In this document: positions 9,467-18,450 of the stretch, piece by piece
Layout: each line of letters begins with the position of its first letter
How positions within the stretch are numbered: the first letter of the stretch is position 1
NCBI GenBank assembly: GCA_964347565.1
Contig: CAYFZD010000001.1
Location: 70,024-134,023, forward strand
Reading direction: 5' to 3'
Origin: an uncultured Pseudomonadales bacterium
GTDB lineage: Bacteria; Patescibacteriota; Microgenomatia; UBA1400; UBA12108
Length of the DNA: 64,000 nt
Translations under genes and position numbers: made by a program
Notes under the pieces: generated by a model
Told to the model about the DNA's origin: nothing
The model's input: only the letters and a program-made list of their open reading frames with translations
Databases searched by the model: none

Positions 9467-11121
9467 AAAAAATTATTATTTGGATTGATCAATATCTTTT
9501 ACTGTTGGTCACCGCGATACTCCTAGTGGTGATCCCGGCCTTCCCCAAGCTCCCCCTGGCGGACTTGATTGAGGGTTATATTGTCCGTCTGCGCATCGAG
9601 GATATCCTAGTACTCTTAGCCTTCCTCATCTGGGTTGTACAACTATTTCGCAAGAAGATTACCTTTCCCACCAATCTCGTTGCCAAATTTATTTTGGCAT
9701 ATCTGATTTTCGGTTTTCTCTCGACTCTCAGCGCCATTTTTCTGACCCAGACTGTCCCCATGGACCAACAGCATATCTTTAAGCTATATCTTCACTTTTT
9801 CCGTCGTGTCGAATATTTTTCCCTTTTCTTTATCGCCTATTCAGCTGTCAAAACTCGTGCCGACATCTTATTCTTACTCAAAGTCAGCGCCATTACCCTC
9901 CTCGCCATTGTCATCTATGGGTACGGTCAGAAGTATTATCTTTGGCCGGCTTTCTCCACCATGAACCGCGAGTTTAGTAAAGGTACCAGGCTTTACTTAA
10001 CCGCCAACTCTCGCGTAATGAGCACCTTCGCGGGCCACTACGACTACGCCGCCTATCTCATGATGTCCCTCTCACTCGTGGTGGCCTACCTCTGGACACA
10101 CAAACAAAAATGGGTTAATCTTTTGGTTGCCCTGTTTGGCCTCAGCATCTATTGGTCGCTCATCCTCACGGCCTCCCGTACATCTTTTATCGGATATTTG
10201 GTGGGTATTACCGCTATTGCTTTAATAATCAAGCGATTAAAAACTGGTCTGCACGTATTTTGGCGCTGGTTAGGTGTCATGTTCGTCAGTTTTGCCATCA
10301 TGCTCACAATGGGGGATCTCTCTGATCGTTTTTTCCAGGTCTTAAAAAATCCCGACCTTATCGTCCACGATGTCACTCAAATCACTCCAATCAAACGCGA
10401 ATGGATCACCAACCCTCTCTCACTCCTTGGCTCTACGCTAGGAGGTTTTGGTGAACGACTTGCCCTCATGCGCACCAAGCTCAATACTAGCGTGGCGACT
10501 CCGCCTCCCAATTCGCTCTCAACCGAGGAGATCGAGAAAGTTGCTGCTGTCTCGGATACGCCACCCTCGACCTCTCCTCCACTCCCTCCCGACGTTTCGG
10601 CAGAAGAGGATGCCTTCCGCAAAGAACAAGAGGCCAAAAATAATGCCCCCTCTCCATCACCTGGATCTGGCTACTCCCCTAACGCCCTTAAATATGGCCT
10701 CTCTGTCGCCATTCGTCTCGATGCACTGTGGCCTCGGGCTGAGGCAGCTTTTTGGCGTAACCCTTTGCTAGGCAGTGGTTACTCCACACTCACCAAGTCG
10801 TACAACGAAGAATTCACACAGGCTGAGTCTACCGACAATGATTATCTCCGCATGCTTGGAGAGACCGGACTCTTAGGTACTCTGACTTTCTTAGCAATAC
10901 CGATGCTTGTCGCCTATTACGGCTATCTCCTTTCTCGCCAGGCCAAATCAGACACATTTAGCTTCTTCGGGATCGCCATGATTGGGGTGGTCGCGAGTCT
11001 CCTCATCAACGCGACCTATATTGACGTCTTTGAGTCCAGCAAGATTGCCTATTTGTTCTGGGCTATGTGTGCACTCATTGTGCGCTCATATGAATTGAGG
11101 CCACATGAAAAAGATTCTTAG
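9463..11121 (+). CDS. Wzy_C-domain membrane protein (O-antigen ligase / O-antigen polymerase / PglL-like oligosaccharyltransferase family)
   Basis: About 12 TM helices. The C-terminal loop motif GSGYSTLTKSYNEEFTQAESTDNDYLRMLGETGLLG resembles the WaaL/Wzy_C signature. It contains a Pro/Ser-rich low-complexity insert at roughly aa 340-410. Confidence 0.65.
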   Translation: MKKIIIWIDQYLLLLVTAILLVVIPAFPKLPLADLIEGYIVRLRIEDILVLLAFLIWVVQLFRKKITFPTNLVAKFILAYLIFGFLSTLSAIFLTQTVPMDQQHIFKLYLHFFRRVEYFSLFFIAYSAVKTRADILFLLKVSAITLLAIVIYGYGQKYYLWPAFSTMNREFSKGTRLYLTANSRVMSTFAGHYDYAAYLMMSLSLVVAYLWTHKQKWVNLLVALFGLSIYWSLILTASRTSFIGYLVGITAIALIIKRLKTGLHVFWRWLGVMFVSFAIMLTMGDLSDRFFQVLKNPDLIVHDVTQITPIKREWITNPLSLLGSTLGGFGERLALMRTKLNTSVATPPPNSLSTEEIEKVAAVSDTPPSTSPPLPPDVSAEEDAFRKEQEAKNNAPSPSPGSGYSPNALKYGLSVAIRLDALWPRAEAAFWRNPLLGSGYSTLTKSYNEEFTQAESTDNDYLRMLGETGLLGTLTFLAIPMLVAYYGYLLSRQAKSDTFSFFGIAMIGVVASLLINATYIDVFESSKIAYLFWAMCALIVRSYELRPHEKDS

Positions 11122-12517
11122 TGTCTTAGTGATTCTCCTTATTTTTGTCCTTGTTCGCACGTATCGTCTAAATACGCCACTCGCCGATTGGCATAGTTGG
11201 CGCCAGGCGGACACAGCCGCCGTCGCCCGCAATTTTATTCAAGAGGATTTCAATTTGCTGTATCCCCAGTCAGACTCCTTCTGGGCTCTCTCGGAGGGTC
11301 AATTACCCAACCCACATCGCTATTTCATGAACGAATTCCCTCTCTATAACGCTAGTGTGGCTGTACTCTATAAATATTTTGGCATAAATCACGTTTACGG
11401 TCGCATTGTTAGTATCGCTGTCTCTGCCCTTGGCGCGCTATATCTATTTTTACTAGTCCAAAAGCTGCTCGGTTATCCCACGGCTATCTTTTCCTTGCTG
11501 TATTACTCTCTGCTACCTTACAACATCTACTACAACAGAGTCTTCATGCCTGATCCCAGCTTTGTGGCCTTCTCTATCATTGCGCTGTATTACACTGTGC
11601 TTTGGGCATCCACGCGCCGCCTCTCTCATGCGCTCGCGATGGTTACGACTTTTGCCCTCGCCACCCTGATCAAGCCCTACGCGCTCTTTATGGCGATCCC
11701 TATCCTCTACTGGGTTTACCGCGAGCAGGGAGTCAGCATGTTTCACGATAAAAGAAACTATCTCTACGTACTCTTAGCACTTCTCCCTCTCGCGCTCTGG
11801 CGCTATCATCTCCATCTCTACCCTGAGGGCTCATTCGCCTCCCTCTGGCTCTTAAATGGCGATCACATCCGCTTCACAGGCGCCTTCTTCCGCTGGATGA
11901 TATATGAGCGGCTCAACCGGCTCATTTTCGCGACCGGCGGTTTCGTGCTTTTTATCGTCGGGCTCTTTTTTGCTCATCTGAAGAAAAACACTTCGCTATT
12001 TTTTATCTGGGCACTCGCCATTTTTCTCTACTTTACAATTTTTGCCAAAGGCAATGTCAATCATGATTACTACCAGCTTCCCATTGTCGCCCCAGGCGTG
12101 GTTCTCGCCGTGATCGGCGCTCAGAACTTGATTGCCATCGGCAAAACCAAGCTTCAAAAGTTGCTTAATGGTTCTCTAGTTCTTACACTTTTTCTTCTCT
12201 CTCTCGCCTTTGGTTGGTTCGAAGTGCGGGGCTATTTTAATATCAACAACCCCGCGATTATGGCCGCTGGCGAGGCCGTGGACCGACTCCTTCCCAGTGA
12301 CGCTGTGGTGATCGCCCCCTACCAAGGTGACCCCGCATTTTTATACCAAACCAACCGAAATGGCTGGCCGGTCGGAGGCAATATCGAGGAGCGTATGCGT
12401 GACGGAGCCACTCACTACGTGACCACCAGTCGCGACCAGGAATATAGTGAGCTCAAAACCAAATATACCCTCATCTTCGAAAATGACTTATATTCGATTC
12501 TCAAACTCTCACCATGA
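11105..12517 (+). CDS. GT-C fold membrane glycosyltransferase (PMT_2/ArnT-like)
   Basis: The N-terminal TM is followed by LADWHSWRQADTAAVARNF, a motif typical of PMT_2/GT39-like proteins. Multiple TM helices follow. Confidence 0.6.
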   Translation: MKKILSVLVILLIFVLVRTYRLNTPLADWHSWRQADTAAVARNFIQEDFNLLYPQSDSFWALSEGQLPNPHRYFMNEFPLYNASVAVLYKYFGINHVYGRIVSIAVSALGALYLFLLVQKLLGYPTAIFSLLYYSLLPYNIYYNRVFMPDPSFVAFSIIALYYTVLWASTRRLSHALAMVTTFALATLIKPYALFMAIPILYWVYREQGVSMFHDKRNYLYVLLALLPLALWRYHLHLYPEGSFASLWLLNGDHIRFTGAFFRWMIYERLNRLIFATGGFVLFIVGLFFAHLKKNTSLFFIWALAIFLYFTIFAKGNVNHDYYQLPIVAPGVVLAVIGAQNLIAIGKTKLQKLLNGSLVLTLFLLSLAFGWFEVRGYFNINNPAIMAAGEAVDRLLPSDAVVIAPYQGDPAFLYQTNRNGWPVGGNIEERMRDGATHYVTTSRDQEYSELKTKYTLIFENDLYSILKLSP

Positions 12518-13698
12518 AAGTATTGATGCTCACGCCCTACTTACCCTTCCCTCTCGTCTCGGGTGGACAGATCCGCACCTATAATCTACTTAAGCATTTA
12601 TCCAAACATCACGATATCACCCTTTTCTCGCTCATTAAGGATGAGTCGGAGCGTTCTTATCTCTCAGAGCTCCAAACATACTGCAAAAAAATCGTTCTCT
12701 TTAAACGGACAAAAAATCCTTTTGTTCTACGCAATATCCTGCTCGCCGGCTTCTCCCCCTACCCGTTTGTGGTCACGCGCAATCTCCCCCTCGGGATGAA
12801 AAAAGCCGTCCAAGCTGAATTGGGGCAAGAAAAATATGACCTCATCCATGCCGAAACTTTTTACATGATGCCCAATATACCCCCCACTCGTGTACCAATC
12901 ATTTTAGCTGAACAAACTATAGAATATCTGGGTTACCAAGATTACATGAAAAAAGCCAATTTGTTTCTACGACCGATCTTGAAAATTGATATCGCCAAGA
13001 TCAAATACTGGGAACGATATTTTTGGAATAAAGCCGACAAACTGATTACTATGTCTGAAGAGGATAAAAATTTTATCGAAAAAGAGCTCGGGAGGCCCCA
13101 AAACATCAGCGTCGTCGCCAACGGCGTAGACCTAGAATTTTTCTCTAAAGTCAAAAAAAATCTCCCCTTGAACCCTACCGTATTATTTGTGGGGACATTT
13201 AAATGGCTCCCAAACATCGAGGCAGTCGACGAGATCGTGACAAAAATATGGCCTCTCGTACAACAAAAATTACCCCAAGCTAGGCTCAAAATTGTCGGCT
13301 TTTCCCCTACGGACAAAATCCAGGGTTACGCTCAGGATCCCACGATCGAGGTCTTGGGCGGGATCGACGATATTCGCCGAGCCTTTGCTACTTCCCATAT
13401 GCTCCTCGCTCCAATCCGCAGCGGGAAGGGGACTCGCTATAAAGTCCTCGAAGCCATGATCACTGGTACTCCTGTGGTGGCGACTACTCTGGCCGCCGAG
13501 GGTCTTGATCTAAAAAACGGTCGTAACGTACTAATCTCCGATACTTCTGGAGAGCTGGCTGAGGCGACTGTCAGACTCCTCAAAAACGTAGATTTACAAA
13601 AGAAACTAGGTACGGCAGGGCAAAAAATTGTGCGAGCCGGCTACAGTTGGGATACAATTGCAGAGGAACTGGACAAAGTCTACAAGGAATTCCTATGA
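12514..13698 (+). CDS. family-4 glycosyltransferase
   Basis: GT-B architecture with the C-terminal block RSGKGTRYKVLEAMITGTPVVAT. ATGA overlap with the upstream gene. Confidence 0.85.
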   Translation: MKVLMLTPYLPFPLVSGGQIRTYNLLKHLSKHHDITLFSLIKDESERSYLSELQTYCKKIVLFKRTKNPFVLRNILLAGFSPYPFVVTRNLPLGMKKAVQAELGQEKYDLIHAETFYMMPNIPPTRVPIILAEQTIEYLGYQDYMKKANLFLRPILKIDIAKIKYWERYFWNKADKLITMSEEDKNFIEKELGRPQNISVVANGVDLEFFSKVKKNLPLNPTVLFVGTFKWLPNIEAVDEIVTKIWPLVQQKLPQARLKIVGFSPTDKIQGYAQDPTIEVLGGIDDIRRAFATSHMLLAPIRSGKGTRYKVLEAMITGTPVVATTLAAEGLDLKNGRNVLISDTSGELAEATVRLLKNVDLQKKLGTAGQKIVRAGYSWDTIAEELDKVYKEFL

Positions 13699-14594
13699 CC
13701 AAACCGGATGTTTCCATCATCATCTTGAACTATAACGCCGAAAAATTCTTGCGTGAAACTCTCAAATCAGTCGCGATGCAAAAAGGTTTAGCAATCGAGA
13801 CCATCGTGGTGGACAACAACTCTAGTGACAACTCCAAAGCGATGGTGGGTAAAGAATTCCCAGGTGTGAAGTGGGTACAGCGCGATACTTCCCTCGGCTT
13901 CTCGGCCGGCAACAATGCGGGACTCCCCGCAGCTCACGCCGACACCATTCTGTTTCTGAATCCTGACGCGAGTTTCACCAAATCCTCCGATCTCAAAACT
14001 TGCTATGACAAACTTTGGAGCGATGACACAATTGGTACCCTGACTCCCCGCATCAATTTGGTTTTGACCGGCGGGATTGACGAGACTTGTCACCGCGGGT
14101 TCCCCACCCCGTTCTCGGCACTCACCCATTTTACTGGTCTCTCCAAGTTATTCCCTGATACTCCTATCTTTAATCACTACACCAAGCGGTATTTAGGTTA
14201 TACCAAAGAGCACGAGATCGACTCTGTGGGCGGTATGTTTATGCTCATGCGCCGCTCTGTAGGGGAGGAGGTTGGGTGGTGGGATGAGGATTACCCCCTC
14301 TACGGCGAAGACATCGACTTTTGTTACCGCTTGCACGAGGCAGGCTATCGCAACCTCTATTACCCCGCCGTGACGGTCTTGCACTACAAGGGAGTCTCTA
14401 CCGGTATGTCCAAGCAAAGCGCAACCATCTCGACCGCCAAAAAAGAGACCACGAGACGCGTCAAAGGCTGGTCCATCCAGGCCATGGAGATCTTTTATCG
14501 CAAACACTATGTCCAGAAATATCCCTTCTTCATCACCTGGCTCGTGTTCCTCGGGATTAAATTACTCAAGTTCCGCCGCGTCACCCTGGCGTAA
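13695..14594 (+). CDS. family-2 glycosyltransferase
   Basis: VSIIILNYNAEKFL...VVDNNSSD...LNPDA motifs. Start at MTKPDV (ATGA overlap with the upstream stop). Confidence 0.85.
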   Translation: MTKPDVSIIILNYNAEKFLRETLKSVAMQKGLAIETIVVDNNSSDNSKAMVGKEFPGVKWVQRDTSLGFSAGNNAGLPAAHADTILFLNPDASFTKSSDLKTCYDKLWSDDTIGTLTPRINLVLTGGIDETCHRGFPTPFSALTHFTGLSKLFPDTPIFNHYTKRYLGYTKEHEIDSVGGMFMLMRRSVGEEVGWWDEDYPLYGEDIDFCYRLHEAGYRNLYYPAVTVLHYKGVSTGMSKQSATISTAKKETTRRVKGWSIQAMEIFYRKHYVQKYPFFITWLVFLGIKLLKFRRVTLA

Positions 14595-14615
14595 ACTTTC
14601 CGCTATAATCACCTC

Positions 14616-15695
14616 ATGATCAAGATCGCCATCGACGCCAGGTTTTACGGTAGCGGCCACACGGGGCTCGGCAGATACACCACCAATGTGCTCAAGTATC
14701 TCCCCAACCACCTACAAGGTTACACCTTGCAGGTGCTGCTGAGGGACGCGGAGTACGACAACTTTCCCTCTGGTAAAAACATCGAGAAAATCCATGCGGA
14801 GATCCCCCATTATTCCCTCGCCGAACAGCTCAAATTACCTAGATTACTCAAGTCTATTGGTGCCGACCTCCTCTACACATTTCACTTCAACACACCCGTC
14901 TTGTCAGATATTCCCACGATTGTCACCGTCCATGACCTGATCAAATCTCACTTTACTGGTAGAGATACCACCACGCGATCACCCTGGCTCTACGCTCTCA
15001 AGCGAGCCGGTTACAATCGCGTACTCGCCAAAACTCTGATACATGCATCAGACATCATCGTCCCCACCAACACTGTTAAAAATGATATTTTAGGTAAATT
15101 TTTCACTCTCAAGCCAGAATCGATCCATCCTATCCCCGAAGCGCCAGATGAAATCTTCCGCCAAAATTTGAAACTTGAGAATTTGAGATTTGAGATTCCC
15201 AACAAATACATCTTATTTGTTGGTAATGTTTATCCCCACAAAAATCTCCCTGTCCTACTCGAAGCCATGAAATCACTCCCTGAGTATGACCTCGTGATCG
15301 TCGCCAAACCCTCACCCTTCCTCTCCCGTGTCCTCGCTCCCTACGAGAGAGCCCGCATCCACATCCTGTCTGACCTTAGAGACCCAGAACTTGTCGGTGT
15401 TTATCGCCGCGCCACAGCCCTCGTGACCCCCTCACTCATGGAGGGATATGGCCTCGTCGGGCTCGAGGCTCTCATGGTAGGCACTCCCGTCATTGCCAGC
15501 AATATCCCAGTCTATCGTGAGGTCTATGGTAAGAATGTTACCTATTTTGACCCTCATTCTGTTTCCGACCTTGTCCGTGCCATTCGATCTTTGGCCATTG
15601 GTCATCGACCATCGACCATGAAATTGGATCGTACTTGGGACAACGTAGCTAGAGACATTGCGGAGGTCATCCATGCGTGTTGCGCTAGTTTATGA
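14616..15695 (+). CDS. family-4 glycosyltransferase
   Basis: IKIAIDARFY...GTGLGRY N-terminal and MEGYGLVGLEALMVGTPVIAS C-terminal GT4 motifs. Confidence 0.85.
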   Translation: MIKIAIDARFYGSGHTGLGRYTTNVLKYLPNHLQGYTLQVLLRDAEYDNFPSGKNIEKIHAEIPHYSLAEQLKLPRLLKSIGADLLYTFHFNTPVLSDIPTIVTVHDLIKSHFTGRDTTTRSPWLYALKRAGYNRVLAKTLIHASDIIVPTNTVKNDILGKFFTLKPESIHPIPEAPDEIFRQNLKLENLRFEIPNKYILFVGNVYPHKNLPVLLEAMKSLPEYDLVIVAKPSPFLSRVLAPYERARIHILSDLRDPELVGVYRRATALVTPSLMEGYGLVGLEALMVGTPVIASNIPVYREVYGKNVTYFDPHSVSDLVRAIRSLAIGHRPSTMKLDRTWDNVARDIAEVIHACCASL

Positions 15696-16722
15696 CCGCC
15701 TCAATAAGGTAGGAGGGGCCGAGCGAGTCTTGCAAGCTTTTCACGAGCTTTCCCCCCAAGCTGATTGGTACACCAGTTTTTGGGACCCCTCTCACGCTCC
15801 CTTCTCCAAAGATTGGCGCGTCCGCTCATTTCCCTACCTGCGGAATCATCACGAATGGTTCCCCTGGCTTATGCCCTTTATCTTTGAGTCATATGATTTC
15901 TCTAGTTACGACCTAGTGATCTCTATCGGTAGCGCGGAAGCGAAGGGGATCATTACGCGACCTGGTACTACTCATCTCCACTATTGTCTGACTCCTACCC
16001 GCTATCTCTACTCGCATGCACAAGAGTATCTCTCAAACTGGCTTTATCGCCTTATCGCTCTCTGGCTCAGGAAATGGGATCAAGTCGCTTCCTCTCGGCC
16101 AGATCAAATGATTGCAATTAGTACTCAAGTGAAAAATCGTATAAAAAAATACTACAGTAGAGATTCAGAAGTCATTTTCCCACCCGTCGATACCCAAAGA
16201 TTCAATTTGCCGTTTAAGAAGGGGGAGTACTTTCTGATCGTCTCTCGACTTGTCCCCTATAAGAAGATTGATGTCATTATCCAAGCATTTAACCAGCTCC
16301 CTAACCAACAACTAGTCGTCATCGGTACAGGCAGTGAAGAATCTCGTCTCAAGCGACTTGCCCAAGGTGAGAATATCCAATTCCTCGGTTTTGTTCCCGA
16401 GGAGAATCTGCCCGCTTACTTTCAACATGCTCACGCTTATCTGCAAGCTAATACCGAAGACTTTGGGATTAGCATGGTCGAAGCTCAGGCAGCTGGACTT
16501 CCCGTAATTGCATATCAGCAAGGGGGAGCCAGCGACATTGTCATCCCCAATGTGACGGGCATCCTCCTCAAACACAATGATGTACAATCCATTATAACTG
16601 CGGTTGACAATTTCGATCAAAAGTCCTTTGATAGGGAGGCGTGCAGAAAGAATGCCGCTCGATTTGACCTCCAAAGCTGGCATCTACAGTTTCGCAACTA
16701 TTTAAAGCCTTATGGATACTAA
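15673..16722 (+). CDS. family-4 glycosyltransferase
   Basis: MRVALVYDRLNKVGGAERV N-terminus and a C-terminal EDFGISMVEAQAAGLPVIA block. Confidence 0.8.
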   Translation: MRVALVYDRLNKVGGAERVLQAFHELSPQADWYTSFWDPSHAPFSKDWRVRSFPYLRNHHEWFPWLMPFIFESYDFSSYDLVISIGSAEAKGIITRPGTTHLHYCLTPTRYLYSHAQEYLSNWLYRLIALWLRKWDQVASSRPDQMIAISTQVKNRIKKYYSRDSEVIFPPVDTQRFNLPFKKGEYFLIVSRLVPYKKIDVIIQAFNQLPNQQLVVIGTGSEESRLKRLAQGENIQFLGFVPEENLPAYFQHAHAYLQANTEDFGISMVEAQAAGLPVIAYQQGGASDIVIPNVTGILLKHNDVQSIITAVDNFDQKSFDREACRKNAARFDLQSWHLQFRNYLKPYGY

Positions 16723-17821
16723 ACCAAATTCACATTTGTACGTTGTCATTCTCTGTGGTGGCGGTGGCACTAGGCTCTGGCCACTTTCCCGCAACTCTAC
16801 CCCCAAACAGTTTATCGAGCTAATTGGTGAAGAAACCTTGTTCGAAAAAACTCTCACACGTGCCCAGTCACTCGTTGACCCAGACCACCTCTATATCATA
16901 ACCAACGAACAATACTTGCCCGACGTCCAAAAATACACGCACAACCTGCCAGCCGATCATCTGATTGCCGAACCCCTCAAAAAGAATACTGGCATGGCCA
17001 TGGGAGTAATCGCTGGGATTATTCACACGCGCGACCCGCAAGCGACGATTATTAATTTGGCTTCTGACCATCTTGTTGGCAACTTGGCGGAATTTCAACA
17101 AACAGTCCTTGCTGCAGCTGCCACCGCCACCGCCACCTCTGCGATTGTGGCCATCGGGATCAAGCCAACCTTTGCCCATCCTGGCCTAGGATATATTCAC
17201 CGAGGGGAAAAGATCCAACACACCTTGGATTACCCAGTTTATAAAGTCGCCGGCTTCCGCGAAAAACCCAGTATCGAAGTGGCCACTAACTATCTCGCGA
17301 CCGGAGAATATTACTGGAATGCCAACCTCTACACCTGGACCTCCCAGTCCATCCTAGAAGAATTCAAAACGCATTCTCCTGAGATTTACTCCCATGTAGT
17401 AAAGATCATGGCCGTCGTAGACAAGCCCAATTTCACCAACGTCATGCGAGAAGAATACGAGGATAGTCCCGATGAACAGATCGATATTGCGATTTCCGAA
17501 AAGACTACTCGCTTAGCCGTGATTCCTGGGGACTTTGGCTGGACCGACATTGGATCTTGGAACGTCGTGCACGACGAAGCCGAAAAGGATCAGGACGGGA
17601 ATGCGTTGGTTGAGCGAGAGGAAGGGGCGGAATGGATCCACCTTGACACTTCTAACTCACTCGTTTCGGCTGGGCGCAAACTCATAGTTACCATCGGCGT
17701 GGACAATCTCATGATCGTTGATACTCCAGATGCACTTCTGATTACTACTAAGCAAAAGGCCCAAGATACCAAAAAAATTGTCGAACTACTTCGCCAAGAA
17801 AATCGCGATACATTGATATGA
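16712..17821 (+). CDS. manC: mannose-1-phosphate guanylyltransferase (GDP-mannose pyrophosphorylase)
   Basis: LYVVILCGGGGTRLWPLSRNSTPKQF N-terminal signature, then GYIHRGEK...FREKP and WNANLYTW blocks typical of ManC. Confidence 0.85.
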   Translation: MDTKPNSHLYVVILCGGGGTRLWPLSRNSTPKQFIELIGEETLFEKTLTRAQSLVDPDHLYIITNEQYLPDVQKYTHNLPADHLIAEPLKKNTGMAMGVIAGIIHTRDPQATIINLASDHLVGNLAEFQQTVLAAAATATATSAIVAIGIKPTFAHPGLGYIHRGEKIQHTLDYPVYKVAGFREKPSIEVATNYLATGEYYWNANLYTWTSQSILEEFKTHSPEIYSHVVKIMAVVDKPNFTNVMREEYEDSPDEQIDIAISEKTTRLAVIPGDFGWTDIGSWNVVHDEAEKDQDGNALVEREEGAEWIHLDTSNSLVSAGRKLIVTIGVDNLMIVDTPDALLITTKQKAQDTKKIVELLRQENRDTLI

Positions 17822-18450
17822 GCTATTCTTATGACTTTACCAAGCGTGCTCTCGATATTGTCGTCGCTTCGGTTCTTTCTTTAGTTTTTCTACCTGTCTG
17901 GTTAATTGTCCCTCTCCTCATTGTTCTGAGCTCTCCTGGCCCCATCGTCTATCGACATCGCCGCATCGGTCAAGGGGGTAAGAGTTTTGATATGTACAAA
18001 TTCCGCTCGATGGTCATGGACGCCGATCATATCCTCCATCATCAGGACAAAAAACTCCTCAAAAAATTCAAGTCATTAGACTGGAAACTAGAGGCCAAAG
18101 ACGATCCTCGCATTACTCCCCTGGGGAGGATCTTGCGCTCACTTACTATAGATGAATTCCCCCAGCTTTATAACGTCCTCAAAGGTGAAATGAGTATGGT
18201 CGGGCCTCGCGCTTATCTCAATCGTGAGTTATCCGAGCAAGTCAAAAAATATCCAGGTACCAAAAAACTAATGGATATTGTCTTGACGGCCAAACCTGGT
18301 CTAACTGGGCTATGGCAGGTTTCCGGTCGTAACGAAATCTCATTTGACAAACGGGTCGCACTTGACGCACAATATGCCAAAGTACGTTCTCTTTGGAACG
18401 ATCTCAAAATATTATGGAAAACTCCTCAAGCGATGATCTCCAAGTGGTGA
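17818..18450 (+). CDS. polyprenyl-phosphate glycosyl-1-phosphate transferase (small bacterial sugar transferase, PglC/WbaP C-terminal-domain type)
   Basis: KRALDIVVASVLSLVFLPVW...GPIVYRHRRIGQGGKSFDMYKFRSM...DEFPQLYNVLKGEMSMVGPR is a classic Bac_transf signature. Confidence 0.9.
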   Translation: MSYSYDFTKRALDIVVASVLSLVFLPVWLIVPLLIVLSSPGPIVYRHRRIGQGGKSFDMYKFRSMVMDADHILHHQDKKLLKKFKSLDWKLEAKDDPRITPLGRILRSLTIDEFPQLYNVLKGEMSMVGPRAYLNRELSEQVKKYPGTKKLMDIVLTAKPGLTGLWQVSGRNEISFDKRVALDAQYAKVRSLWNDLKILWKTPQAMISKW

